From Candidatus Heimdallarchaeota archaeon (GTDB taxonomy: Archaea; Asgardarchaeota; Heimdallarchaeia; Heimdallarchaeales; Kariarchaeaceae): a stretch of DNA of 50,604 nucleotides. Numbering within the stretch: position 1 is the first letter of the stretch; each line of letters opens with the position of its first letter. The DNA is taken from contig WAKA01000156.1 in NCBI GenBank assembly GCA_015523565.1, positions 1-50,604 on the forward strand. The letters are read 5' to 3'. This document shows positions 18,601 through 29,036 of this stretch, in pieces. The notes beneath the pieces are model-generated. The model searched no databases. It had not been told where the DNA came from and worked only from the letters and a program-made list of their open reading frames with translations. The translations under genes were made by a program, and so were the position numbers.

Positions 18601-19431
18601 GTGAACGGAGTTTTTCAAATTAAAGGTCAGGGTGACTCTGACTGGGTTGCAATAGTGGCTCCTGGTTCCACTCAAACCCATTACTCAGAGGATCATCCCC
18701 TTATCGAATTACTTTCTGGTTATTTCTCCCAAATCTATTCAATTGACTTGCCTGGGCATGGATCACTTCAGAATGTGATTCCACGTGATGTGATTCATGC
18801 AATGGATATTTTTCTTCAAACAGTTAACCCTCTTATTGATGGGAAAAAAGTGGTTTTCTTTGGTTTTAGTTTAGGTGGGATTCTTGCATTGAAAAACTGG
18901 TCTACCCTAAAAAAAATGACTCAAAGGATTATCGGTGTCATGATTGGTGTTGGTCTAAAAATTGATGAGCTTACCATCCCCTCCATCCGTATGTTTTTCA
19001 CAGAAAGACACTATCGAATAAGCGGTTGGGAGAAAAAGATGGATGAAATGCATGGGGGGAACTGGAGAACCCTTGTGAACCGTATCGGGGAATGGTTTGA
19101 CCCCATGATCTCTCCTAACATTTATCTCACTGACGATGAATTGCGTGAAATAAAAGGACAGGACGTTTTTTACATTGTTGCAAATCGAGACCAGGCATTC
19201 AGCTTGGATGGCTTTTCAATTTTCCCAGATCTCCCAATGGTGGATCTGGTTTCCTATACTGCATTGTTTACTGGTCCTGATACCAGCTTACTTAACCCCC
19301 TTGATCCCTGTGATCTCTCACCACGGGTTTTTATTGTGTCCGGGCATCACTTTTCCTACTTTCATCCCAAGGCTGCATTTCCTCTTGTCAAATATATCAT
19401 TTCATATCTTCTCGATTGCTTAAATGTCTAG
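18601..19431 (+). CDS. Alpha/beta hydrolase
   Basis: DLPGHG, GFSLGG nucleophile elbow, candidate Asp (RDQ) and His (GHHF). Confidence 0.8.
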   Translation: MNGVFQIKGQGDSDWVAIVAPGSTQTHYSEDHPLIELLSGYFSQIYSIDLPGHGSLQNVIPRDVIHAMDIFLQTVNPLIDGKKVVFFGFSLGGILALKNWSTLKKMTQRIIGVMIGVGLKIDELTIPSIRMFFTERHYRISGWEKKMDEMHGGNWRTLVNRIGEWFDPMISPNIYLTDDELREIKGQDVFYIVANRDQAFSLDGFSIFPDLPMVDLVSYTALFTGPDTSLLNPLDPCDLSPRVFIVSGHHFSYFHPKAAFPLVKYIISYLLDCLNV

Positions 19432-19476
19432 TGTCTCTTTACGAAATAATTAAGAGATAGTAATTCGTAAGGAAAT

Positions 19477-20691
19477 ATGTTGAGTATGACCCAGCGAGAT
19501 AGAAAAGAGATTAGCTGGGTGCCGAGAAACTCTGCAATCATCTTTGCAGATGAAGACGTTGACGGCCTAATGTCTGGCGTGATCGTTGCCAAGCAATATC
19601 CCGACAGCTATCAACTGAAATTTGTAACTGCACGCTCGCTCACTGATGCGATGCGCCGGTTCCTCCATAAGGTGGAATCATCGAACTATGATGTGGATCT
19701 CGAAGATTTGGATGTGTACATTGTTGATGTAGGCATCAATCGGGGTTCCATCCATGAGTTTGCAGAAATCGCACGGAGAATGCGGGCTCTTGGAATGCGG
19801 TTACTTTACTTTGATAGCCACTCCAACAAATTCAATGGAAAGACACTGGTTCCCATCCTTGAGGACGCTGGTGTCATTGTCCATCTTGGACAAATCGGTA
19901 CTGCTGCCGCATCCATAATCCAAGAATATCTCGGCACCCCAGATACAGAACGCTTTAGAAAATTGGGTGCACTATCCGACCGTGAAATTAGTTTCAACGA
20001 AGCGCGTGATATGCTACATGAAAAAGAAGGTCTTAGGATGCTCCAAGCCGCAGTTGCATGGGGCGCATGGAAACGCCGTAGCTTTCTCCATCGAATTAGC
20101 CGGGAGCTCATTGCAAATCCCAATTTGAAATTTACGACCCACAAGGAAATAATTGAGTTGTCACGTAAAGCCAATAAGCATCGTGACAAACTTTACAGGT
20201 ATGTTGTCAGGCATGCGGATGTCTTGGAGGTTTCCCACAACCCTCGTATCCTTGCAGTATTCTGCTTGGATCGCAATGATTTTGGAAAGGCAAGAGGCAC
20301 AATTGCAGGTCATTTGGCTGGGGAATGGGGTGCCGTCATTATCTTTATCACCCCTGATGAAATGCCAAATTACTACAGTGTCAGTGTTCGAAACCACTAC
20401 CGCATAAAAGTGGACCTCGAAAGGCTCGGTCAGCTTGCCATGGCAGAAACAGCTGGTGGGTCTAAGGGGGCATACCGGATAACGATTGAAAAAGATAAAT
20501 TGATGAAATTCCTGATAATGGTTCAACAATGGACTTATTCCTTACGTCCTCCATGGATCCGAAGACGGGAAAAACGACAAAAGGTTCTGAAAAGTCAGGA
20601 AAGTCATTATACTGAAGTTCCTGATCCTTCCATACGTCCACCATTGGGTATGATTGACGAAAGACGAGAACGAATAAATCAAAGTTCGTGA
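19477..20691 (+). CDS. DHH family phosphoesterase
   Basis: DEDVDG, IVDVG, FDSH (DHH variant), C-terminal SVR...AGGSKGA DHHA1-like motif. Confidence 0.75.
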   Translation: MLSMTQRDRKEISWVPRNSAIIFADEDVDGLMSGVIVAKQYPDSYQLKFVTARSLTDAMRRFLHKVESSNYDVDLEDLDVYIVDVGINRGSIHEFAEIARRMRALGMRLLYFDSHSNKFNGKTLVPILEDAGVIVHLGQIGTAAASIIQEYLGTPDTERFRKLGALSDREISFNEARDMLHEKEGLRMLQAAVAWGAWKRRSFLHRISRELIANPNLKFTTHKEIIELSRKANKHRDKLYRYVVRHADVLEVSHNPRILAVFCLDRNDFGKARGTIAGHLAGEWGAVIIFITPDEMPNYYSVSVRNHYRIKVDLERLGQLAMAETAGGSKGAYRITIEKDKLMKFLIMVQQWTYSLRPPWIRRREKRQKVLKSQESHYTEVPDPSIRPPLGMIDERRERINQSS

Positions 20692-20784
20692 AAAATTGGT
20701 GAAAATTTCTCTTTAGCGTTGCAATTTTTTTTTGGCTTTTCCCTAGAGGTTAATATTTTTGAATTTAAAATAACCGTGATTGAT

Positions 20785-21957
20785 ATGGCAAAACTTGATT
20801 TCATGGCTGAAGAGCTTAAGAGACTTCGGGATGTAGGTCTTTATAATTCAATCCGTACAATTGCCTCTCCCCAAGGTGCATGGTTGAAGATTGAGGGGAA
20901 AGATGTCTTAAACCTATGCTCCAATAATTATTTGGGTCTTGCAGACCACCCTCGGCTGATAGAGGCTGCAAAGGAAATCCTCGACGAGTATGGTGTTGGT
21001 CCTGGGGCTGTTCGCTCCATTGCAGGAACCATGATCATCCATCGTGAACTTGAAAAATTGCTTGCTGAATTTAAGCAAGTTGAGGATACATTGGGTCTTC
21101 AATCTGGTTTCGTTGCCAATCAGGCAGTTATTCCTGCAATTGGTGCGGATGCAATTTTTACTGATGAACTGAACCATGCATCCATAATTGACGGGGTGCG
21201 GCTGACAAAAGCACAGCGTTATATCTATAAGCACAATGATGTTGAAGACTTGGCTGCAAAGCTTGAAGAAGGTGCTCAGCATGAACGAAAACTTATCATC
21301 ACCGATGGAGTCTTTTCCATGGATGGGGATATTGCTCCTTTGGACGAAATCGCAAAAATTGCTCAGGAATATAATGCCATCCTAATGGTTGATGATGCAC
21401 ATGGTGAAGGTGTTCTAGGTGACCATGGTCGAGGAATTGCCGATTATTTTAAGCTTCATAATGGGGAGGTTGATATTGAGATCGGCACTTTGAGCAAGGC
21501 AATGGGTGTTGTTGGGGGATATGTGGCAGGAACTAGGCTGTTAAAAGAATATCTCGAACAAAAGGCAAGGCCTTTCCTTTTCTCTTCTGCTGTTACCGTT
21601 CCAGACGTTGCCGCATCTATCGCTGCAGTAAGGATTTTGATGGCTGATGACTCTTTGGTGAAAAAACTGTGGGATAATGCCAAATATTTCCAAAAAGCGA
21701 TGCGGGACTTGGGATTTGATACTGGTAAAACACAAACTCCCATCACGCCTATCATGATTGGGGATGCAAAGAAAAGCTCTGAATTCTCCAAGAAACTTTT
21801 CCAAGAAGATATTTTTGCAATGTCAATCGGCTATCCCACTGTTCCAAAAGGTGCGGCTCGCATAAGGGTCATGCTTTCAGCTGCCCATTCAAAAGAAGAC
21901 TTGGATTTTGCTTTATCCAAATTTGAAAAGGTCGGTAAAGAACTTTCGTTAATTTGA
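20785..21957 (+). CDS. kbl: Glycine C-acetyltransferase / AONS family PLP enzyme
   Basis: [41 protein letters not shown]. Confidence 0.9.
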   Translation: MAKLDFMAEELKRLRDVGLYNSIRTIASPQGAWLKIEGKDVLNLCSNNYLGLADHPRLIEAAKEILDEYGVGPGAVRSIAGTMIIHRELEKLLAEFKQVEDTLGLQSGFVANQAVIPAIGADAIFTDELNHASIIDGVRLTKAQRYIYKHNDVEDLAAKLEEGAQHERKLIITDGVFSMDGDIAPLDEIAKIAQEYNAILMVDDAHGEGVLGDHGRGIADYFKLHNGEVDIEIGTLSKAMGVVGGYVAGTRLLKEYLEQKARPFLFSSAVTVPDVAASIAAVRILMADDSLVKKLWDNAKYFQKAMRDLGFDTGKTQTPITPIMIGDAKKSSEFSKKLFQEDIFAMSIGYPTVPKGAARIRVMLSAAHSKEDLDFALSKFEKVGKELSLI

Positions 21958-22113
21958 TTAGATTTGGTTGATTTTCTGAATCGGTTCTCTATGATCTTAC
22001 TTTATGTTGTTCATAGTGTTGTCTTGTTGTGCCCTCTCTCTGCACATTTCGTTTTTCGTATTTGAAGGTGGCTGTTTCGTCGTGGAAATTTTTCACAAAT
22101 ACGAATCCGCCAT

Positions 22114-22128
22114 GAAAAAGTTTAAAAA
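22114..22128 (+). promoter_or_regulatory. Archaeal BRE + TATA box for the subtilase gene
   Basis: GAAAAAG-TTTAAAAA, about 115 nt upstream of the ATG at 22244. Confidence 0.55.
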
Positions 22129-22243
22129 GTGTCTTAGATTCGGAAGTCTTGTCAAAATTTCGATCGTGAGGAATTGTTAAAATTCCTTGTGTATTGAATT
22201 TCCTTATCGGTGTTCCCGATAATTAATCTGTTTGGTGGTTCAA

Positions 22244-24016
22244 ATGAGTAGATTGGTAAAAATAATTTCACTATTTGTCATTGTTTCAATGACTTTTGGT
22301 ACAAGTGGATATCTTTTCCCTCTTGCAAATGAGGTGAAAATGACTAAAGGTTCTGTGACTGAAGCCATTTCTGGTCAAACTTATTACTATTCTGTCACTA
22401 GATATGGTGGTGGCAGGTATGATGAGTTTTATATCTCCACATCTGGGGCATCGCAGATATCTGCCGTACTTGATGGACAGACATCTGACGACTTGGACCT
22501 TTACTATCGTGCAGGGTCTAAGGTTGCAGGGTGCGGCACATATACCTGTTCCACTTATGATGATGTCAGTTGGAACAGTGGTGCATATGAAACAATTACA
22601 ATCAACAATCCTGCGAATACTGTTCACTGGTTCCGCATCCAACGATATTCTGGTGGTGGTCGTGATTATTATTATTTCACAATCACTGTTACTGGTGGGG
22701 GTTCTGATACAACTCCTCCGACAGTGACCATTACGTCTCCGTCAGGTGGATCTACGGTCTCTGGAACTACAACCGTCACTGCTTCAGCATCTGATAATGT
22801 AGGTGTCGATCGAGTTGAGTTCAAGGTTGATGGTGCATTGAAATACACTGATTATTCAGCACCTTATTCCTTTAATTGGGATACTACGACTGCAACTGAT
22901 GGTACTCATACAGTTTCTGCTGTGGCATTTGATGCCGCAGGCAATTCTGCAACTGATTCAGTCTCTGTGACCGTTAGCAATGGTGGTGGCGGTGGTGGTT
23001 CCTGTGGTGAAACGCCCCGTGTGACTGGGTCTATGCCTTGGTGGAATGACGCAATTGATGTTGAAAAGGCTCATGCTGCGGGTTGTTATGGTGGGGACAC
23101 GGTAGTTGTGGTTCTTGATACTGGTCTTGGTAGTGGTTACTCTTCCTTATTCCCCTCTGGCTCAATTTTAGCATCCTACTCCAAATCTTATACCAAATCT
23201 CTCGGTTATGATAATGTGGATTGGAACCAAGATACTGAAGGTCATGGTACCTCCGTCACTGCAACAATTTTAGGATATTATGTTCCAAGTTCATGGGGTA
23301 TGGTTAACAATTATGTAATGGGTGTTGCCCCCAATGCCCAAATTGTTATGCTCCGTGTTGTCTATTGGGTTGGTGGAAGTGTGACATACGCGGCAATGAT
23401 TGATTCTTGGGTTCAAGCGATTAATTATGCCATCAGTCTTCATAATGGTGCTCTTTCAAACAAAAATATGGTGATCTCAATGAGCCTTGGCTACAATCCT
23501 TCTGCCGCCCCAAGCTCTTCCAATACGGCTCTTGAAAATGCAATCAACAACGCGGTGGCAAATGGCATTGTCGTGTCTACATCTGCAGGCAATGATGGTC
23601 CTAATCCCAACACGACTGGCAATCCCGCAAACTTCGCAAATTCTGTTTCTGTTGCGGCAGCTGGTTGGAATGGATATACTGGTGCATATGGTGTTGCTGG
23701 AATTGACGACGATCTTCCTGAAGATGACTTTTCAAATTTGGTTATTGCGGATTTCTCATCCCGTGGGAAGGTGGATATTACTGGTATTGGCTGGAACCTT
23801 GCATTGCCGACATGGGACAACAGCTATCAATATATCTCTGGCACCTCATTCAGTGCCCCTCAACTTAGTGGTGTGTTTGCCTTGATGTTTAGCATGTATG
23901 GTTCGCAATCTGTAAGCTTCCTTGTCAGCACATTGCAGGCTGGTGCATATGCCATCGGTCCATCAACCACTTGGGGTGCTGGTTTCGTACAGGCTGATGG
24001 TGCTCTTGGGTTGTAA
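22244..24016 (+). CDS. Secreted S8 subtilisin-like serine protease with N-terminal PPC and Ig-like domains
   Basis: Signal peptide; DLDLY (PPC); DTTPPTVTITSP...ASDNVGV (Ig-like); triad VLDTG / GHGT / GTSFSAP; SAGNDG oxyanion Asn. Confidence 0.92.
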   Translation: MSRLVKIISLFVIVSMTFGTSGYLFPLANEVKMTKGSVTEAISGQTYYYSVTRYGGGRYDEFYISTSGASQISAVLDGQTSDDLDLYYRAGSKVAGCGTYTCSTYDDVSWNSGAYETITINNPANTVHWFRIQRYSGGGRDYYYFTITVTGGGSDTTPPTVTITSPSGGSTVSGTTTVTASASDNVGVDRVEFKVDGALKYTDYSAPYSFNWDTTTATDGTHTVSAVAFDAAGNSATDSVSVTVSNGGGGGGSCGETPRVTGSMPWWNDAIDVEKAHAAGCYGGDTVVVVLDTGLGSGYSSLFPSGSILASYSKSYTKSLGYDNVDWNQDTEGHGTSVTATILGYYVPSSWGMVNNYVMGVAPNAQIVMLRVVYWVGGSVTYAAMIDSWVQAINYAISLHNGALSNKNMVISMSLGYNPSAAPSSSNTALENAINNAVANGIVVSTSAGNDGPNPNTTGNPANFANSVSVAAAGWNGYTGAYGVAGIDDDLPEDDFSNLVIADFSSRGKVDITGIGWNLALPTWDNSYQYISGTSFSAPQLSGVFALMFSMYGSQSVSFLVSTLQAGAYAIGPSTTWGAGFVQADGALGL

Positions 24017-24161
24017 GCTAGTCCTCTAATTATGTAGAATAATTGTTGTCAATATTTTGGCTGTGTATTTTCTCACTTTTCAGTATGGTTTTCGTATCCA
24101 TCCCCTTAATCTTAGAATGAATGTCGTAATGTTTTTATAGTGGGTAATTATTATTTCATTA

Positions 24162-24659
24162 ATGGTGTATCATCGAAAACTTACTGTTTTCATTATGCTT
24201 GCCCTTCTAAGTTTGGCTATGCTCCCCCTTGCGGAAGGTAAGAATTCAAAACTGTCGACCACCTCTACAAGTGGATCCAAGGTGTCGATTTCTCTTCAAT
24301 TTACAGATGCATATTATGCTGATCTGGATGGGGATGGTGCTGCCGATGACATCTTTGGAGGGGTTGACCTATATATCAGCGGGTCGGAAAGGGTTTCTTT
24401 TGACTATTACATTACCTTGGTCTTACCATCTGGAAGGAGCTTTACCTATGCCTATAGGATCAGCACTCGCTATTCTTATTTGCATCTGGAAAATTATTTC
24501 TATGATCATGTGTTTGAAAGTGGTGATTATACTTTCATCGTTGAATTGATCACCAGAACAGGTGGGATTCAATATGACCCATATCATCATGTTTTCGACC
24601 CTCCTGGTGGTGTACCAACAGACCCAACCTATAGTTTGGTTACTTCAGGATCATATTGA
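24162..24659 (+). CDS. Secreted hypothetical protein with DxDxDG calcium-binding-like loop
   Basis: Signal peptide; YYADLDGDGAADDI; Tyr-rich beta-sandwich-like composition. Confidence 0.65.
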   Translation: MVYHRKLTVFIMLALLSLAMLPLAEGKNSKLSTTSTSGSKVSISLQFTDAYYADLDGDGAADDIFGGVDLYISGSERVSFDYYITLVLPSGRSFTYAYRISTRYSYLHLENYFYDHVFESGDYTFIVELITRTGGIQYDPYHHVFDPPGGVPTDPTYSLVTSGSY

Positions 24660-24675
24660 GTAGGGGACCTTAATA

Positions 24676-25830
24676 ATGGGGCAAGCCCAAACACTGGATT
24701 TTCATGATCTGATCATTTTCTACGAGCTATTGCATGATCCCTTGCAATCGGCCAATAAAATCTCATCCCAAGTTGGTCTGGCACCAACAACTGTTCGTGA
24801 TCGAATTTTCTCGATGAAGAAACGAGGTTTTTTGGGTGGCGATAAAACCTTTATTGATCCCGTATTAGGTGAACGTACAACAAGTGAGGTCAGTGTTTCG
24901 TATGACCCTCAATCATTAGGGCTTATCCGTCATCATGTCGTCTTTTCAAAAATAAAAACTCCCCATGAGTTAAACCAATTAATTAAGGTTTGTAATTTAC
25001 ATCCTTACACCCATTATCGTGCAGGGACATTTGGTGATGGTATGAATCTTTATACCCAATTTGATGTTCCTCCTCAAATAGAGGCTGATATGCTTGAATT
25101 TTATCGTAAAATTTCAAGAATGTTGGATGTCAATTATCATTTTCTGACTTCTCATTCAAAGACATCATCCATCCCTGATTTTTCACAGTTTTCCCTGTTG
25201 AATGGATGGAAAATCCCCCCTCTCGATCAACTATGGGCTGATTTCCTGGCAATGGACACTCCAAAACCTATTTCGACCCCTTCCCCAAAACCAAAAAAAT
25301 TGACAAATTTTGATGCATCTCTTCTAAGGGAATTGACAATAAACGCAAAAGTGTCTGTCAAGTTTTTATCTAATCAATATAATCGCCCAAGCCCAAGCAT
25401 TTCCCGACATCTTAAATATATCCGGGAATCCTTTATTGAAAGAGGTCTGCTGATTTATGATCCTTCTGTATTTGACCTTGACAGCATTTTGCTGATTTCT
25501 GGAAAATTCAAAAAAGATGCAGGGTTTTCTTCTTCCTCCTTAAGGGGCTTTGTTTCTTCAGGAATTCTCCCTTTTACCTCCACCTTGTACCAAAACAATG
25601 ATGAATTTCTTTGGATAACAACCTCTTCTTCAACCTATTCTGCACAAATCTGCAATTTTGTGTGGAGGAACACAGTCCCAGATTCCTTAAAGATATCTCA
25701 ATTAGATCGTTCATCCCGTTTCTCATACTTTTTTTACAACCTTAACTATGATGAGGTTGATGGATGGAATATTGACCGTGAGTATGTTCTTGACCAACCT
25801 CTTAGCCAATTGGAAACAAAAGGTCAGTAA
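24676..25830 (+). CDS. Lrp/AsnC-like regulator with two wHTH modules
   Basis: DLIIFYELLHDPLQSANKISSQVGLAPTTVRDRI and DASLLRELTINAKVSVKFLSNQYNRPSPSISRHL. Confidence 0.75.
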   Translation: MGQAQTLDFHDLIIFYELLHDPLQSANKISSQVGLAPTTVRDRIFSMKKRGFLGGDKTFIDPVLGERTTSEVSVSYDPQSLGLIRHHVVFSKIKTPHELNQLIKVCNLHPYTHYRAGTFGDGMNLYTQFDVPPQIEADMLEFYRKISRMLDVNYHFLTSHSKTSSIPDFSQFSLLNGWKIPPLDQLWADFLAMDTPKPISTPSPKPKKLTNFDASLLRELTINAKVSVKFLSNQYNRPSPSISRHLKYIRESFIERGLLIYDPSVFDLDSILLISGKFKKDAGFSSSSLRGFVSSGILPFTSTLYQNNDEFLWITTSSSTYSAQICNFVWRNTVPDSLKISQLDRSSRFSYFFYNLNYDEVDGWNIDREYVLDQPLSQLETKGQ

Positions 25831-25868
25831 TCCAAATCCTCTTTAAAAGTCAATCCAATGTCTGAATA

Positions 25869-26897
25869 ATGACAACAAAAGAACATCTTGCCCAACTATT
25901 CGCGGATGCACAATCGGGTGACCCTTCTTCCATGGTGGCTTTGGCGGAAGTATTGATTGAAGATGGCGGGTATGATGAGGCAGAGGAATGGTTGATGAAG
26001 GCCGCAGAGACTGATAACAGACGGTCTTTTATGTTGCTCGGTGAACTGAACCTCAAAAAAAATGATTTAGACAATGCCATGACATGGTTTCGAAAGGCCG
26101 CAGAGGACGGGAACCTTGCTGCAATGACAAATTTGGGTTTTTTGTTGAAACAAAAGGGTGATGTTTCACAAGCAGAAAATTGGTATTTATTGGCTGCAAA
26201 TCAAGGAAGTGCAATTGCCATGTACAACTTGGCAATATTTTACTTAGATCAGGACAAAATGGACTTGGCTATTAAATGGATGAAGAAAAGTGCCGAAACT
26301 GGCTTTGATCGGGCTGTTATCTCTTTGGGGGAAATCTATCTCCAAAAGGGTGATGTGGATTTAGCCCGTGAGTCTTTTGAAACTGGAAAAAATAAGGGGA
26401 TCTTGGATGCCTATTCTTATCTGCTGGATATTGCGTTGAGGAATGAAAAATTGCAAGAGGCTGAGGAGATTGCAAGAGAGGGCGTCCAACATGGTCATCT
26501 GGATTCAATTTCTAACTTGGGCTTTGTCCTTGCCGCTCAAGAACGTTATGATGAGGCGGAAGAAATATTAAAGACTGGTGTGGAAAAAGGTCATGCTAGG
26601 TCGGTTTACAACCTTGCTTCTTTATATGCCCTGCTTGGGAAGACTGATGTTGCATTGCAATTGTTCGCCCAGCTTGCCGATGCAGGTGACCCTTTGGGAC
26701 AGTTTGCTTATGGTACCATCCTGCTGGAAAATGATTATGTGGATGATGGTCTTTCTTGGGTTGAAAAATCTGCAATCCAAGGTAACTTGGAGGCAATGGA
26801 ATTTCTAAAAGAATATTATCGTGAAACTGGACAGCTTGATAAGGCACAAGAATGGGAAACAAAACTGAATTTGGATCAGTTCCTTCCATTTGAATAA
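25869..26897 (+). CDS. Sel1-like/TPR repeat protein
   Basis: Repeated AxxWxxKAAExG..AMxNLG units. Confidence 0.9.
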   Translation: MTTKEHLAQLFADAQSGDPSSMVALAEVLIEDGGYDEAEEWLMKAAETDNRRSFMLLGELNLKKNDLDNAMTWFRKAAEDGNLAAMTNLGFLLKQKGDVSQAENWYLLAANQGSAIAMYNLAIFYLDQDKMDLAIKWMKKSAETGFDRAVISLGEIYLQKGDVDLARESFETGKNKGILDAYSYLLDIALRNEKLQEAEEIAREGVQHGHLDSISNLGFVLAAQERYDEAEEILKTGVEKGHARSVYNLASLYALLGKTDVALQLFAQLADAGDPLGQFAYGTILLENDYVDDGLSWVEKSAIQGNLEAMEFLKEYYRETGQLDKAQEWETKLNLDQFLPFE

Positions 26898-26975
26898 AAT
26901 GATAATTGCAAATTCTCTTGCTTGTTGCTTTACCTTTATTAACTGTATGTAAATTATCAACTCAGAGATGCTCCC

Positions 26976-27869
26976 ATGACCACGAAGGACTACTTCTTCT
27001 TGCTTAGGCCCATCAATGTGGGAATGATCATTGCAATGACCGTAGCGGGCATGTGGTTTGGTAATCCTACGTTCTCTTATCCCTCAACCCTAATTAATTA
27101 CCTGTTGGGTATTGTTGTTGTCATTGCTTATACTGGGATTGCAATGATCCATAATGACATTTTGGACATTGAAATTGACAAGATAAATGCTCCTGACCGT
27201 GCACTCCCTTCTGGTCGTGTCAGTAAAAAATCTGCCTTGATCTATATGACCCTGCTCTTCTCTATTGGAACTGCATTTGGGGTGTTCTTGCGATATGAAA
27301 GTGTAATCCTTATGTTCTTGACATTGATTCTTTCTCTTCTTTATAACTGGAAACTCAAAAAAACAGGGTTTGTCGGCAACCTTATTGTCGGATATACTGC
27401 AACTTCTGCCTTCATTTATGGTGATGCCGTTGTTGCAGGCTTTACTCACTTTTGGCCTCCACAGAATTGGAATGCCTCTGTTTATCTGTTCCTTATATCT
27501 GCATTGTTGAATACCAGCAGGGAGGTGTGCAAGGGGATAATGGATACTGAAGGAGACCGGACTTATGGGGTGCAGACAATTGCAGTAAAATACGGATCCA
27601 AATTTGCCGCCCGGTTTGTTTTGTTCCTGAATATCTTGGCTTTGACCTTTGCAGTCATTCCCGTGATACGTGGTGTATTCGGCCCTGTATTCATCATCGC
27701 CGCAATATCGTTCCTAATTCTGATGCTTATGAATGGTGTCCCCCTTGTAAAATCTCCAAATTATGATACTGCCAAAAAATTCAAGGATTATCTGCATCCG
27801 ATAATGTTATTGGCATTGGTTCTTGTAATAATTGATATAATCCTTGGTGATATTCTGACTGTCTATTGA
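26976..27869 (+). CDS. UbiA-family prenyltransferase, DGGGP synthase-like
   Basis: NDILDIEIDKINAPDRALPSG, YNWKLK..GNL, REVCKGIMDTEGD. Confidence 0.88.
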   Translation: MTTKDYFFLLRPINVGMIIAMTVAGMWFGNPTFSYPSTLINYLLGIVVVIAYTGIAMIHNDILDIEIDKINAPDRALPSGRVSKKSALIYMTLLFSIGTAFGVFLRYESVILMFLTLILSLLYNWKLKKTGFVGNLIVGYTATSAFIYGDAVVAGFTHFWPPQNWNASVYLFLISALLNTSREVCKGIMDTEGDRTYGVQTIAVKYGSKFAARFVLFLNILALTFAVIPVIRGVFGPVFIIAAISFLILMLMNGVPLVKSPNYDTAKKFKDYLHPIMLLALVLVIIDIILGDILTVY

Positions 27870-27932
27870 TAAATGTGAAACTAACAACCCTCTAGTGGAT
27901 TGATTTATATAACCAGTGGGCTAATTCTACTT

Positions 27933-28475
27933 ATGGAAAATGAAAAGGCTCATTCGTTACATAAGATTGTAATATTGGGTACTCCTCGTGCTGGGAAAAC
28001 AACGCTAATGATTAAACTTTCTGGTAAAGAAGTTCCTCCTGAAGAAATCCGTTCAACTATTGGTGTTGATTTCCATATTGTACAATTTGAAAAAAATCAA
28101 ATTCGCTTACAGGTTTGGGATTATGCAGGGCAGGCTCATTTTAGAAATGCAGGTATCTTTCAGGATATGGTGCAAGGTGCTTCTGCGTTTTTATTCTGCT
28201 ATGACACAAGCAATACAACATCGATTGAAGAAATAGACGCATGGGTTCAAATAGCAAAATCCCATCCCAAATTCAATCAAACCCTCCGCTATCTTGTCGG
28301 TCTGAAAGTGGACTTGACAAGCAAGGGGCAGCAAATTGCATTGAATAACCTGATTCAAAAATATTTGGGCGGTGAAATTATTCAAAAACATTTCTTAATC
28401 TCATCAAAACAAGACCTTGGCATTGATATAATGGTCGATCAATTGGTTGAGGATCTTTCTGCCCTTACTTCTTAA
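27933..28475 (+). CDS. Rab-like small GTPase
   Basis: G1 GTPRAGKT, G2 STIGVDF, G3 WDYAGQ, G4 GLKVD, G5 SSK. Confidence 0.9.
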   Translation: MENEKAHSLHKIVILGTPRAGKTTLMIKLSGKEVPPEEIRSTIGVDFHIVQFEKNQIRLQVWDYAGQAHFRNAGIFQDMVQGASAFLFCYDTSNTTSIEEIDAWVQIAKSHPKFNQTLRYLVGLKVDLTSKGQQIALNNLIQKYLGGEIIQKHFLISSKQDLGIDIMVDQLVEDLSALTS

Positions 28476-28882
28476 CTGTATTCCTTGTGAATTTCTACAA
28501 GCGTTTCATCTAAAAGTTCTTTTACTTCCTTTGCTACTCCATGTACTTCTGCATTGTCTGTCATTCCCAACGCAGTTTCTGGATTCATGGCTGAAACAAC
28601 AATTTTCCCATCTGCATTTAAATAAACGACCACATTGCAAGGAAGCATGACTCCAATGTCTGGCTCTGCATTGAGTGCTTTATGTGCTCTTGGTGGATTA
28701 CATGCCCCTAAAATTTTATATTTTTTGACTTCCACTCCCAATTTTTCTTTCAATGTCTTTTTCACATCAATTTCGGTCAGTATCCCAAATCCTCTCTCTT
28801 TCAGAATTTCTCGTAGTTTTGATTCTACTTCATCAAATTGGTCTTCAGTTGCATTTAATGTTGTTCTGATTGCATAATCCAT
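28472..28882 (-). CDS. DUF302 family protein
   Basis: GFGILTEIDV, YKILGACNP, MLPCNVVV. Confidence 0.92.
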   Translation of the reverse strand: MDYAIRTTLNATEDQFDEVESKLREILKERGFGILTEIDVKKTLKEKLGVEVKKYKILGACNPPRAHKALNAEPDIGVMLPCNVVVYLNADGKIVVSAMNPETALGMTDNAEVHGVAKEVKELLDETLVEIHKEYS

Positions 28883-29036
28883 AATTATTCTTCTTCTTTT
28901 ATTATTTAAAATCTATTGCTTTGATTGTCCTTACGCACCCAATTTTATTTTCTTTTTATATTTTATGAACTCCTTAATTGAAAAATCATTTATTCTGTTT
29001 ATTTGGTTTATATATGTGGTCTTGTTTGATGAGATA

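Noticed and set aside
22980-23000. GGT/GGC tandem repeat
   Set aside because: Encodes a poly-Gly linker within the protease
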